Shown here: positions 35,773 through 48,270 of the stretch, piece by piece
How the letters are laid out: each line of letters starts with the position of its first letter
Numbering within the stretch: position 1 is the stretch's first letter
Assembly: GCA_964234715.1 (NCBI GenBank)
Contig: OZ174280.1
Reading direction: 5' to 3' (one strand)
Source: Podarcis melisellensis
Lineage: Eukaryota
DNA: 64,000 nt
Made by a program: the position numbers and the translations under genes
Notes under the pieces: generated by a model
The model's database searches: none
Seen by the model: the letters and a program-made list of their open reading frames with translations, nothing else
Told to the model about the DNA's origin: nothing

Positions 35773-37759
35773 CTCTAAATACTCAATGAGGGGAACACAC
35801 ACATGACCAAGACTGGTGCATTTGCAAGGACCATCTCTTTTTACAGCAAAAATTACATTGCCGTTTCCCAGTCTACATTCAGCATATGCCCAAAGATGGT
35901 AAAATGAGAGCAGGGCTGGGAGAGGATGCAGAGTTTGGGTTAACAGGCACTTATATCTGCCCCATCATTCCTGGTTCCTTCAGCGCATTGCCATCTCTGA
36001 AGTGGGAAGAAGCTGCAAGAATCACACACGTGGCTGCAAAGAGCGTAGCCAGTGCTCAGGGCAGGGGAAGTCTTCAGGGCACCAAACACGCACAGGGGCA
36101 CAGCTGCCACTGAGGACACAGATGGGAGGCAATTGCCTTCCACCCTGGTGCACCTAGTCACGTGCCAGGTCAGCTCTGCCATTGTGCTAGAGACCAGGTG
36201 GTACTGCCAGACAGCGAAAAAGGGACAGCCATGGTGTCTGTGTGTCTGTCCGTGGCAGGGAAAGGCATCGCCCGAGATAGTTTGTAAGAAATCGGCGACA
36301 AAAGTGAATTGGTTGTTGGTCATGAAGGGGGCAGAGCATGAAAGGTTGCCTCTATAAACTGTAGCACATGGGGAACAGGGTGGATGGGGAGAGGACAGGG
36401 TGGGTACTTAGAGGGACCTTGCTGGTGGTTGAGCCTGAGCCAGTGAGATAAGGAGCTGAATGAAGTGTGCAAGCTCTTCTCTACTGTCTCACACAAAGGG
36501 GACGCAAATTCCGAGTCATTTTTGTCTCTTCTGCGATGATTCAACTCCAGATAAGGTGACTTGGAGAAAGCAAACCTGAATTGACTTTTGTTCAGACCCT
36601 CAACTCAAATGGTCCAGCTTCATGTTAAATGCCAGGGGGTCAAATACCCCATGGAAACTGAATACCAACCACCCAAAATGCACGCAGCAATTGGTAGTGT
36701 TAAAAATTCTTTTTAATGTACTGTCACTGCACTTAGCCGCCACTCCAAGGATGTGGCTACTGTAAGGAAAGGGTTCTGGTAATTCTGTCTTCTCAGCTCC
36801 TAGCAGACCTATCTGAGCATCCACTACTGCCTGTGCCTTCCAATGGTGGGCCCCAGGTGCCCTCCCCCCCCCCCCAGGGGGCTGACCTAACTGCATCAGA
36901 CATTTCTGGTCACCAGGGAGGAAACATCACCTCATTCTCTTCACCTGGTCTCCAGCTAGGGGAATGTGCACATGTAAGCATGAACACCAGAGTCCTGGTC
37001 TTCTCTTTACTTCCATAATATACTTGGCTTTGAGTACCAGGGTAAACTGGCGCTGAAAGCAGAACTCGGCAACAAGAAAGTAGACACAGGCTGTCATTCA
37101 GTCTCTCTAAATTATTGAATTAAAATTCAGAACCCAAATTCGGGAACACTAACGACTAAATAAAAAACATCAGGACCATAGGATCCGTGATCAAATATAA
37201 ATTATGAAAACCAATATAATTAAGCAAATTAAGCAGCTATGGTTTTTGCAAACGTAGAACAGGGCAAAAGAGAGAGGTGTTTATAAATAACATGGCGGAC
37301 TCACTAGTTGGGTTGAAATGGGGTTGGGTGGGGGGACAGCGCTTCATTTCAGCTTCAGGACAAGGCTAGATCCTTTTGCTTGACATTCTATGGATGCTAA
37401 TTGTATTCAGCAAGCAATAAAGCTGAACAAATTGTGCTTCACTTCCTGTGAACAGGACTGTGAACACAAAACTGGGCCCTGGATATCTTATTGTGAAACA
37501 ATCACTAAACAGCTGGCACATTCACTACAGAAAAACAGGAGGTGGTCACAGACACTTTTTTTTTCAATTCTCCAGGACAGAGGTGGCAACCTCAATACCA
37601 CAGGGCATGTTTGGTTCCTGGACACTTGAAAGGGCAGCTCCTGAATAGTTAAAGGCAGTGAACTGGAACAGATGCGTCATGAGTATGAGCACACAGACTT
37701 GCCTCTCATCCCATTTCTTCCATCAACTATTTTCTCATGGATTAGTTAAAATATATTCA

Positions 37760-37935
37760 TTTTTTATTTTTATTAAATTTCACACCACCCTTCATCCAAA
37801 GATCAGAGGATTGTTTACAATATAAAAACACAAAAATATATAACATAATGACAAAAACAATAACACCCCCACCCCACCCCCCGTTTAAAAGGCTTTAATT
37901 AGCCAAAGGCCTGAAATGTTTTTTGCCTGGCGCCC
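37760..37935 (-). mobile_element. L2-type LINE 3' end
   Basis: tttattaaatttcacaccacccttcatccaaagatc...aaaggcctg...tttttgcctggcgcc. Confidence 0.6.
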
Positions 37936-39833
37936 AAAAATATGCCATTCTTTGGAGACATGATTATATTCATACTTAATATTGTATATTTTTCAAAGCA
38001 CTTTACACACACTGTCAGTTGCCCTTACAACAGCCATCTAGGGTACTCTGTATTATTAGCCCTGTACTGCAGACTGGAGAAAAATATGTCTCGTCCAACA
38101 TCCTCTACCAAATCCATGGCAGAGGGGATATTTAACAAGGGACTTCCTGGTTCAAAGCTTAGTCATTTAGTTACTACACTGTGCTGTGTTGGGAGCTGGT
38201 CAGTGAAATCCCTGCCCTGGAACTTGTGTAGAAATGAATTCTCTCTACCACAAGAATAAGTTTCAAAGCTTTACTGCAGAACCATCTTAAACACTAGTTA
38301 AAATAAGCTAAACATTGCAAAATAACAAAAGTAATACATTGGAAATGGGGCCCGGTCCTTTATGCAGTTCAGTAAACTTTTCTCTCTCTGAACCCAGAGA
38401 GAGATCCTAAGCTTGTTCATCATTGCAGAGCTTCTTTGCAACCACTGCTGCTCCTGCCAGCTATCTCCCAGAAGCACATGCTGGCTTCTTAAGTTCCAAC
38501 TTCCTGCTGTGAGAGCTCTGCGGCTCTCCTGTGATGAATCACCAGGTAGTTTACCTTATTGAATGAAAAAGTATCAGTCTTCTTATAGGGCAGCTTCCCA
38601 TATATTTTTGTACCAGTGGTCTATGTTCACTTCTTATGGGTCCTTCCAGTGTCTAGTTACAATATTTCTAGCTGCTGAGAGTAAGTGACTTAAGCTTAAA
38701 GCAGCATGCGGACAAGCAAAGGAGGACACCTTCACCCCAGTGTAGCTCTTTTTTATCACATATAAAGCACAACAAGACAACGACCTATCCCGCCCCAACA
38801 GCATACAAACTACTATGGCTAATCTGACCCAACAACACCCCCTCCCCACAGCTCACAGATACAAACAAACCACACTGAAACCAAGCAAGCTTTGAAGCCT
38901 CTAATCTCTTGCAATGCCAATACAAATAAATATATAAATAAAGGACCTACACACATGATGCTGACACAAAAACCTTGTGCAAACACTATGCAACAGAATG
39001 GAAGATCGCTATCCCATCTCCCTCCCTCTCTTTCCCCCTAACCACACACAGTGTCTATGACAATAGTGTCTCATACCAAATGTAAATGAAATGTGAAAAA
39101 GACTCTATGAATCGAAAGCAGAGACTTTCCTTGTTCATTTGTTTGTATTCCAACACAAAACAATCTTTAACAAGAACCAATTCAAAAATATCAGCCTTCT
39201 CTGACACTTTTGCTGGAGTGAAACTTCTTGCCTAAGGTAAACTTCCCTTTACGGCATTTTAAATACAATGCATTGAAACAAAGCATGTGATGTACGTTAA
39301 ACATATAACTATAACATGCTGGCTGCAGTGAGGTGGGGTTTCACTTTGTATTAGAGACTGGCAGCATTAAACGAAGGAATGATCATTACTCCAGCTGAAT
39401 GCAAATGATAAGGGTGTGATCTTGTGCGCTGGGAAAGGGAACATTAAAAAAACGGTGCACTGCAATCTCTAGGCCTCCAAGTAGTGAGCTTCTGAAGAAC
39501 ACAAGGAGGGAACAACTACCAAGTGAAGAAGAGGAGAGAGAGGTAGCAGTGGCAGGACACAAGGCCAGCTATACTGATAGGCAGAGAGAGGGGTTCACCT
39601 CAGGTGGCAGATTTAGGTTGTGGGGAGCAGCAAGGTTGGACAGCAGTTCTGTGTGTGCCACACAGCCCACACCAGACCTCTTAAACTACTACCTCCAGGC
39701 AGAGTGGAGGATGCTAACATGTCACCAGTCTGGTTAATTTTAGATAGATGTGGCACTGAGGCTCTCATGTTCTTCAACTTAAGCAGCAAAATGTTTTGGG
39801 CTAGCCCTTGTTTGATGTTTGAATTTGTTGGCA

Positions 39834-39891
<58 letters not shown>
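39834..39891. repeat. (TAT)n microsatellite
   Basis: About 19 perfect units; explains the poly-I and poly-L ORFs. Confidence 0.97.
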
Positions 39892-41390
39892 TCCTGAGGA
39901 GGAAGGAAGAAATACAACATAAGAAGTACAGACATAAGTTTAGAAGCAGCCAGAAAATTCAGCATCCTGCGAATTTTAGCTGTTGTTGATAAAGAGGTGG
40001 GTGGAAAGCAAATTTCTGGCAGTTCTGAAGGCAAATATAAGCTTGAACATCCAAGTCCCAAAAACCAGAAGGGAAATAAGCACACGATTTTGAGTTCAGG
40101 AGGAAGCGTGACAGCGCCCTGCAAATCTCTTCGGAAATCAGGGAAATGGTGATATGCAAAAGGTGCAAATCTGATTTACATGCTTGCTACCACAAATTGT
40201 GGCAACCTCTGTGCAGATCTCTCTCTTAGAAAATAAATAAATGCAAGAGTATGCACAGTCTTGGATATATGGCTGCTACACACGAGTTTTCAGCAGCCCT
40301 GTTTCAGGTAAAAGGTGAAGTCTCCACAACATTATAACCAGGAAACAGTCCTAGCATAAAATATGAGGCATGAGTGATAACCCTCTCTGCTGCTTCACAG
40401 CCTGGCTCTCACAACCAGAAAGGTGTTTAAACCACCAGCCTAGCAAACAAATTGCCCTCAGGATCCTGCCCAGTGCACACTTGCAAATAAATGTTCATTT
40501 CACTTCAAGGAAGGACACCATAATAATCACACTCTTATGCTTGCAGCAAGGAACTAGCCAAAGACCCAAGGTGAAAATGCAGCATAACAAAGGACACTCT
40601 TGAGGCCAGAGGAGACGTTGTGCAACCAAAGGGACCCTGAGGAGCAGCTGGAACAGAGGCCCTTTCTGCTCCGGTGTCCTAAATATAAGGAAGTACGTGA
40701 ATGATACACCCTCAAGCTGTCAGGGATCAGACAAGGGGGGGGGGAGTATGCTCTGTGGGGAGGTGCAGGAATGAAGCGACACAGAAGGCATTATGTGATA
40801 GGGAATCTACCCTGTTCCTAAGCTTGAGTGACTTGCCCCCACTCTAGATAGACACCGGAATGATGGCTCCCTTTTCATACTTGAGCAGTCCTTGTCCTGC
40901 CAACAAGCAGCTACTGAATTGGGATGCAGAAAAGTTTTTCTGCTCTGCCATGCCAAAAGCACGGAAGTGCAATTAAGAAACCCTGCAAAATAGCAGGACA
41001 TCTCACAAAGGGGACACGAGGGAAGCTGTGCCCAGGGATGGCACTTTCTCTCAGAGCCACTTTGTCACTTTGTCCACACACTCTTTCTCTCTCAAGTGGA
41101 CTGACCCACCCTGCCCACGGGACCGAACAAGGAGCTCTCCCCCCCTCGCCACAGTCACTGCATTTCGCCAGGGGGAGGGAGCACTCCTGCCAACCATGTC
41201 TTGGTTCACTGAATAGTCTTCAGCAGCTGTACGTCACAACTATAAGGGGATCAGAAGTCATGCAAGAAAGTCACTTGCCTTGGAAGAGTTTGGTGAGAGG
41301 GAACTTCTGAGACCTGGCGGGAATATATCACACTTGATACAAGAAAAAAATCCTGGCCTTAGCTCAGCCCAAAGTGTTATTTTAACAGTA

Positions 41391-41616
41391 CAGTGGTACC
41401 TCAGGTTAAGTACTTAATTTGTTCCGGAGGTCCGTACTTAACCTGAAACTGTTCTTAACCTGAAGCACCACTTTAGCTAATGGGGCCTCCTGCTGCTGCC
41501 GTGCCGCCGGAGCCCGATTTCTGTTCTCATCCTGAAGCAAAGTTCTTAACCTGAAGCACTATTTCTGGGTTAGCGGAGTCTGTAACCTGAAGCTTATGTA
41601 ACCCAAGGTACCACTG
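41391..41616. mobile_element. Tc1/mariner (Tigger-like) MITE
   Basis: TIR cagtggtacct / aggtaccactg with TA on both sides and internal repeats ttaacctgaa. Confidence 0.9.
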
Positions 41617-42035
41617 TAATCAGATCTCCACTCTTGGCCCTGATTCACTACTCAGGGCTAGCACGACACAATAATGAGGATTGCCCTAGGATTACATGTC
41701 TGGCTATTCAAGCGGCTGAACCCAGATGCTAGGAAACTGAGGACCACCCAAACCACACTGGCAACGTCCACAGCTCAGTGGTGCAAACAGCTTGATGCAT
41801 GAGCACAAGTATGGTTATGTGGAACAGGGCAACCTGCGCTTTTATCTCCTCAAGGATGGATGAGACTGTCTCAGAATGAAGCATTGATCTGGCATGTAAT
41901 CTAGTGACTCTTGCATGTCCCAGCCCATGAGTGTTGGTACTGTTTTGCTGATGGGCTGAAATGGAGATCTGGCGGAACATTATTCCTCATAATCGGAAAT
42001 AAAACATTGTTACAGATTCTTTTTTAAAAATTAGA

Positions 42036-42250
42036 ACTCCAGGGGGGTAGCCATGCTAGTTTTGTGGCAGCATAAACAAAAAATAATATCACAGCAAAAA
42101 ATAATTATACATTCATTCCCCGCTTTCTTCTTTCATCTGTATTCAGGGAGGGTCAACGTATATTTCACTTCAGGCATTTGACGAAGTGAGCTTCGACCCA
42201 CAATAAACATGTAATTCTTTAAGGTGCCAGAAGGGTCTTTGCTGTTTTGA
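42036..42250. mobile_element. Penelope remnant with inverted partial pLTR
   Basis: A minus-oriented pLTR end (ggggtagccatgctagt..) is followed by a plus-oriented pLTR with a decayed hammerhead (gcat-ttgacga-agtgag..cccac) and ctttaaggtgcca. Confidence 0.65.
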
Positions 42251-43026
42251 TTATTCAGAAGGAGTAATTTTGTAAGTTTGTTCAGTCTCTCTTTGTAACT
42301 GAACAGCCTCCATTTCTGAGTGCGAAGTGAGCTTTGTGCCTTTCAGTCCATCCTCAGGACTGAATCTATTATTTAGGCTCTTTGTTTTAGTTGGGTGCAC
42401 TTTATTATGGCAAGCTAGCAGCACTTTAAACAAAGTCGTCTGCAGCCATCAAACCTGTTGCAATTAACAATATGTAAATTATGTGTGGATTCCCCCCCCA
42501 CACTGTACCACTGGTACATTGTTGCATTAACTGATTTCCTACTGCCTGAACTTTCAGATTTGTAATTCTACAAGTCGGCATGTGGCCAAGCTAGAAAGAG
42601 GACACAGGATACCGTGAGGCAAGTTTAGGATCCCAAAGTTGAGTGAAAAACTGTAAGTTCTTTTTCGGCATAATGTGCGTGTGCGTGCGTGTGTGGCACA
42701 CACACACACACACACACAGAGAAATCCTGGTGGCACACCATTGACAAGTGCTGGCAAAAACCTCTCACTGATACTACCCCCAAGCTGATGTAGCTATTAA
42801 GTCACTCCTTCAACTCCAAATCCACACCATTCTCCACTTTCTATCTGATGTCACAATACTGAACCCACCACAGCATCGGTTGAAGGAAGCACCACCACCC
42901 CTGGCACAAACACACACACACACACACACCCCGTGGGTGAAAACAAATCCAGAGAAGTCCGAAACACCTGGCCAGAGAGGGCGCGCGATCCCTTTAAAAG
43001 CAGCGGAGGGGGCAAGAAAACGGGGG

Positions 43027-43046
43027 GTTACATCAGCTGCCACGTG
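43027..43046 (-). promoter_or_regulatory. Second CARE-like site plus E-box in intron 1
   Basis: GTTACATCA (TGATGTAAC on minus) at 43027-43035, then CACGTG at 43041-43046. Confidence 0.45.
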
Positions 43047-43485
43047 GGAGCTGCTCCGCGCCCCGCCCCCGCACATGCCGGGGTGGAAAATTACAGCGCG
43101 CGGATCCCCCGGCCCCCGGGAGCGCCCGGCAACTTCACCTCCCCTAGGCCAGAAACCCGCGGCGTCCAGACAGGCCGCGCGCACCCGCTCCCTTCCCGCG
43201 TGGCGGTTTCCGTAAAGCTCGGGGGTCCGGGACACCCTTTGACAGCCCGCCTCCGGGGCTGCCCGCCACACGTCTCGCCTCGAGGAGGCTCCGGTGACAG
43301 CGGCGGATGGAACACACTGGAAGCCGCGCCGCCTCCGGACCTTCGCCGGCGCTTCCTCGGCGGCACCACGCTTTCCTCCTGCCACGCTTTCCCCGCCCCT
43401 TCGTTTCTCTTTTCCTCTCGCGCACACCGGCGCGCGTGTCTCCAAACCCAACCCCGGGATCCTTTTCTCTCTGCCCGCGCCTTAC

Positions 43486-43780
43486 CCTCTCCATGCCGCT
43501 CCCCGCCGGTGCCTCGCCCGGGCTTTTCAGGCGCGCTGTCAAGGTGGAGGATCCTCTTATTGAGAAAATTGCATCAGCCCGAACCGTACTCCTTCAGCCT
43601 CGCCTCGCCGCCGCCGCCGCCGCGCACCCTGCGAGCTGGCCCGCCTGCTGCGCGTCCCGGGAGCAGCGTGTCCGCGCGTGGCAGCCGACAGTCCCTCTTC
43701 TGCCGCGGGCTCGGGGGGGACGCCGACTTTAATGAAAGTTCTGGGAGAGGATTCCGAGGGGGCGGCAGCAGCAGCAACAG
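43486..43780 (-). other. SLC6A9: SLC6A9 non-coding first exon (GlyT1a); 5' end approximate
   Basis: Donor AGG|gtaagg (GT at 43484-43485) inside the CpG island, downstream of CCAAT and GC boxes. Matches the known mammalian layout of a non-coding exon 1 upstream of the 1a start exon. Confidence 0.7.
43568..43576 (-). promoter_or_regulatory. C/EBP-ATF composite element (CARE/AARE) in exon 1
   Basis: ATTGCATCA reads TGATGCAAT on the minus strand, an exact consensus. SLC6A9 is an established ATF4 target. Confidence 0.75.
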
Positions 43781-43818
43781 CAACAGCGGCGGGCACGTCC
43801 CGCCTTCCCTGGCCGGCT

Positions 43819-43856
43819 CCGCCCCGCCCGATCCCGCCCCGCTCGCTGATTGGGGC
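43819..43856 (-). promoter_or_regulatory. GC boxes (Sp/KLF) and NF-Y CCAAT box
   Basis: ccgccccgccc and cccgcccc at 43819-43840. gctgattgg ending at 43853 reads CCAATCAGC on the minus strand. Confidence 0.65.
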
Positions 43857-44360
43857 GATTTGTTTCCCCGACCCGCTCCCGCCCTGCCGCGCCGTGGGGC
43901 TCTGGGGAGGGGGCTGCGCAGAGCCCTGGTGGCGGCGGCGGAGCGAGAGGCGGCTCGGCGGGACCCCAGAGGCGGCCCCCTTCTTCGCGCGCGCAGTGTC
44001 AATAAATATCGTCGCCACCCACATGACAGGGAAAACATATACCTCGGAGGCATGCTTCGGCTTGGAGGCGCGCGCGCGCGCACGGCCGCAGGGGGCGCGG
44101 ACGCACAAAAGAAGCGCGCGGAGCAAAACAGATGGCTGTGACCACGCGCGTACTCCGAAGGGGCAGCGGCGCAACGCGCGCTCTCTCTTTCTCAGACAGA
44201 CACACACCGACGCAGAGAGGCGGCTGGGGGCACGTACATTTTCTCGTGGAAACATGTGCGATGCCCTTGGCACATAGATGCGCAACCAGGAAGACATCCG
44301 CGCAAGCGCCCCTCCCTCTTAGGGCTCCCGCTAGCAGACCCGAGAAGCCCCCACGCGCCC

Positions 44361-44381
44361 AGCAGCACCTTGGACAGGCAC
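44361..44381 (+). promoter_or_regulatory. Candidate RE1/NRSE (REST) site
   Basis: agCAGCACCttGGACAGgcac has both half-site cores with the canonical 2-nt spacer; the flanks diverge. Confidence 0.4.
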
Positions 44382-46933
44382 GTACCAGAGAAGACGCGCG
44401 CGCCCCCGAGGTGCTTTGGGTGGACCCCGCGCAGCGGCTGTAGGCGCCTCAGGTCCTCATTCCAGTCATGCATCGGACGAAGCCGACAATAAACCTGTTA
44501 AGGCTTCAGGTTGCTCTCTAGGAAAGCCTCGTTGTCTTGGGCCCCTTCTTACCTGACGATCCCAGCGATGGTTCCCCAGCCTCGGGGGGCCGTGCCTTAG
44601 AAGCATCGTGTCTTCCCTGCCCTGCCCTATCATCTTGGGCCCGCTCCCACCAGAGTGCTCGATCTTCTTCTCCAGCCCAAGACCGAGGGCGCCCGGCTTG
44701 TTGCGTCTTGCAAGCAAAGGGATCGCATTGCTCAGCCTTGGTCAGACAAACGCGGGGCTCCCTTCTACGTACGAACTGCCCCAGGTGCTGTTAAGAGCCC
44801 ACTTGAGGAGGGATAGAGCAGCGCCCCCTCTACCCTAGCCCCAGAGTATGAAACGCCCCCCCCCCGGTTAAATTGGTCCACAAATTTTGCTCGAGATTTG
44901 CGTGTTGCTACGTGGCAGCGATTCTTTGCTGCGCCAGGGAAGCGAGGGATTTTGCGCGCTGCCGCCCCCTGCCGGCCCACCCTGGGGCCTGCGGGTGGGG
45001 GCTTGGGGCAGGGAGCAAAGCTGCCTCTATCCATCCCGGGACGAAGATCGCAGCTTTGAGCCAAAGAGTCTGCTAATCGATCCAAACCAAACATAACAAG
45101 TTCCCAGGGTCGACTTCCCTCTGACTCTCAGCGCCCACCTGCCAACAACAATCGCCCCCTTAAGCCGCAGCAAGGTGCAACTGGCTATGACTGTGTCCCC
45201 CAGAAGACAAGTAGGAAGTGTTTCGTGACGCTTCCTCGCCCGCCCCCCTCACCGCAAATGCAGATGCCATCATTGTACTGAAGTGGCATTTCTTTTATAG
45301 GACAGGCGCCACAAGTGCCAGTGAATCATGCAACGGATTCCAGCAATCATCGCTGTGAGAGGTCGCTGGTGCTGCTCCACCTCGCGTCACGGGGGGGGGG
45401 GACCAGTTGACCAAGAGAGCGCCTGCTACTGACCTCTGCCTCTTCCCTCCCCCACCACTGTCAGCATGTCTCTTCCTTACATCAAGAGCACATTGGGGGA
45501 GGAGGAAGACTGCTTCCTGTCCGTCTGTTTTATCATGCAGAATCTGTTTGAAGGCTCAGCTGTACAATTGTACCAGGGATGGACTTCAGAAGGAAACTCC
45601 AAAGTAGCCAACTCCTGCTTAGCCTTTGGCTGTTTTGAGTTCATTGCTGCGTGCGCCTCTTGCACCTTATGCAGAGTATCTTCTACTTTACACCTCTACT
45701 CACAAGGCTTAGTACAGGCTAGAACCCCAGCTTAAGTGTGTTGGGGAATTAGGAAAATCCACCTTTTTGCCACTTTTTAATCACACAGTTGTCAGCACAG
45801 CAGAAGTATTACACAATGTTGAAAGATACCTAATCTCTGTTTAGACAGATAACATGCTTTCTAAGGGACATGTTCCAACAGCCAGGTATGGCAGCAAGCA
45901 GTGCTTTTTTTGGTATTAAAAAAATGAGGTGCCAGCACTCATATATTGAGACAAGCAAGACTCAACCGCCCATTAGCCTTGGTCCGGCAGCAGGCTGGGG
46001 ACAGCTGGGAGGGGCAGCAGATCCAAACCTCTGAGGAGTGCACCTCCTGTGCTTGTTTCCCATGCGCAGCCTGGGAAGATGCAGGGCTGCTGCTGCTGCT
46101 GCTACCACCTCCTCCTTTCTGGCCTCCTTTTCTCTCTCCTCCACCTTTGGTGTTCCGGGGCTTACCTGGGCCTCCTCCAATTGCCTCAGGTTGAGGTGGG
46201 ACATGGCAGGGCTGGCGGAAGAGGAGGAGCCTGCTGTGGCAGAGGTGCCATTTTCTGTTCTGCCTCAAGCGGCAAAATGTCTTGGGCCAGTCCTGTATAC
46301 AAGTGCTGTGGGTGCCAGCACAAAATGGCTGCCACGGGCAGCAAAGAAAGAGTAGTGTCAGGCCGGGGGCGGGGAGGGAGCCCTGGCACTGCGGGCAGTC
46401 AGTTTGTGCATGTGAGAACATACGTGTTGAGGTTTAAAAACTCTTTCTGTGTTTGTTGACCCAGGTAATGAGACTGCTGAGCAGTCAAAGGGCCTTTAAC
46501 TCTACCCTTCTGGGCAAGAAGCATGAAAGTAAAAGTTATGACTGAGCTTGTGGTTTCTGAATAAATGGAGAAGCATGCATACACTGCATGCAGAAACTTG
46601 TACTGGCTGCTTATTCACATATCTCCCATCTCTGAGATAAATAAAAGAGTAGGGCTTGCACACAAGCAGGCTTTTTACCCGTTATCTAAGAGGAAATTAA
46701 GGAAGAGGGAGCAGCATACATTTCAGTTTATCATGGAAACCACCAGAAATCCCCACCTCCCTGATAAGCAGGTATTTGGGGTGATGAACTTTTCCCAATT
46801 GCCTTTTTTCAGTACAACAGATCTTTATCTCTTACTTTTTCCCCCTGAAGATGGTATTTGCAGAAAGTGAAAGAGCTTTAGTGGGTATGGGGGTGTGGGT
46901 CCTTTGGCCTCCAGACCTGATGGTGGTAGGGAG

Positions 46934-47059
46934 TACTGGCATAGCCGGGGGGGGGGGGAGACAGGGAGGGTCAACTGCTCCCCAATCAATAAAATTCAAT
47001 AAAAATACATAGCAAACTGAGGTTCTGCACCCCCAACAAAGATCCTGGCTATGCCCATG
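46934..47059. mobile_element. hAT MITE
   Basis: Perfect 8-bp TSD GTAGGGAG (46926-46933, 47060-47067); ends ggcatagcc / ggctatgcc. Inverted relative of 57594-57719. Confidence 0.85.
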
Positions 47060-47632
47060 GTAGGGAGCCTTCACACATGAGTGGCCCCCACTGTTTCCAT
47101 TGCTCAGCATCAAGCCCACATTCCTGATCAGCTCCCACATCAGTGCCTATTTCATAATACCTTTCCCTGCATTCTTAGAGCGTTACAATCCACTGCTTCT
47201 TGAATATGATCTACTGCTTTCCTTTGGGATAGCAGTAGATCATATTTAAGAAGTCTGTTTACCTCACATGTTGGCAGATTTCTACCTCTTCCCAAAGGAT
47301 CCCCAAAGAGTTGCTTAAAGCTTGCACACCTCACACTGCAGTACAAATAATGGAGCCCCGTGGCTCCTGAACAACTAATAGGATATATAATGACTGTTTG
47401 TATGAGTGCGGAAGATTAGATCTTTATCTCAGGAAACTGCTGAAGCAGGTGCTTGGTACATATTAGCAGGATTGGCAATCAGAAGCATTTGGCAAAGAAA
47501 TAGGAACAAACATTGCAGCGCTTCAGGTTATGCCATACACTTGAAGTTCTTTAGAAGGCAAGATTAAAGGCTCAGGCTATCTCCACATGATGACCAACAA
47601 GGGATCTGTGTGATTATTTAACTAAGCACACT

Positions 47633-48013
47633 AGGTAAAGATAAAAGACCCCTGGACAGTTAAGTCCAGTCAAAGGTGACTGTGGGGTGTGGCACTCATC
47701 TTGCTTTCAGGCCAAGGTTTTTGTCTGCAGCCTTTTGTCTGCAGACAGCTTTCCAGGTCATGTGGCCAGCATGACTAAACCACTTCTGGCACAATGGATC
47801 ACTGTGACAAAAGCCAGAGCGCACAGAAACGTTTACCTACCTGCCGCACCAGTACCTATTTACCTACTTGCACTGGTGTGCTTTCAGATTGCTAAGTTGG
47901 CAGAAGCTGGGACAGAGCAACGGGAGCTCACCCCATCACATTTGAGCTGCTGACCTTCTGATTGGCAGGCCCAAGCGGCTCAGTGGTTTAGACCACAGTG
48001 TCACCTATATCCC
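47633..48013 (-). mobile_element. Near full-length Sauria SINE
   Basis: Tail (ggtaaa) at the left end, characteristic body, and head ..ctcagtggtttagaccacagtgtcacc at the right end. Confidence 0.92.
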
Positions 48014-48020
48014 TTTACCT

Positions 48021-48270
48021 CAGGGGTCAGCAACCTTTTCCAGCCATGGGCCGGTCCACCATCCCTCAGACCATGCGGTGTGCCAGACTATATTTTTTGG
48101 GGGGGAAATGAATGAATTCCTATACCCACAAATAACCCAGAGATGCATTTTAAATAAAAGGACACATTCTACTCATGTAAAAACACGCTGATTTCTGGAC
48201 TGTCTGTGGGCTGGATTGAGAAGGCGATTGGGCCGCATATGGCCCCTGGGCCTTAGGTTGCCTACCCCTG
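48021..48270. mobile_element. Non-autonomous hAT transposon
   Basis: TIRs caggggtcagcaacct / aggttgcctacccctg; TSD ctttacct / ttttacct. Confidence 0.88.

Larger units (their letters stand above)
42960..45390. promoter_or_regulatory. CpG island, SLC6A9 main promoter
   Basis: About 2.4 kb of very high GC and CpG density against a CpG-depleted background. Confidence 0.92.

Noticed and set aside
42810-44840. Long overlapping ORFs (up to 402 aa) on both strands
   Set aside because: Expected from stop-codon scarcity in a CpG island. The translations are low-complexity R/G/P/A with no recognisable domain.
46441-46470. Plus-strand polypyrimidine-CAG|GTAATG resembling a recursive splice site
   Set aside because: No established plus-strand host transcript, and a single motif could easily be chance.
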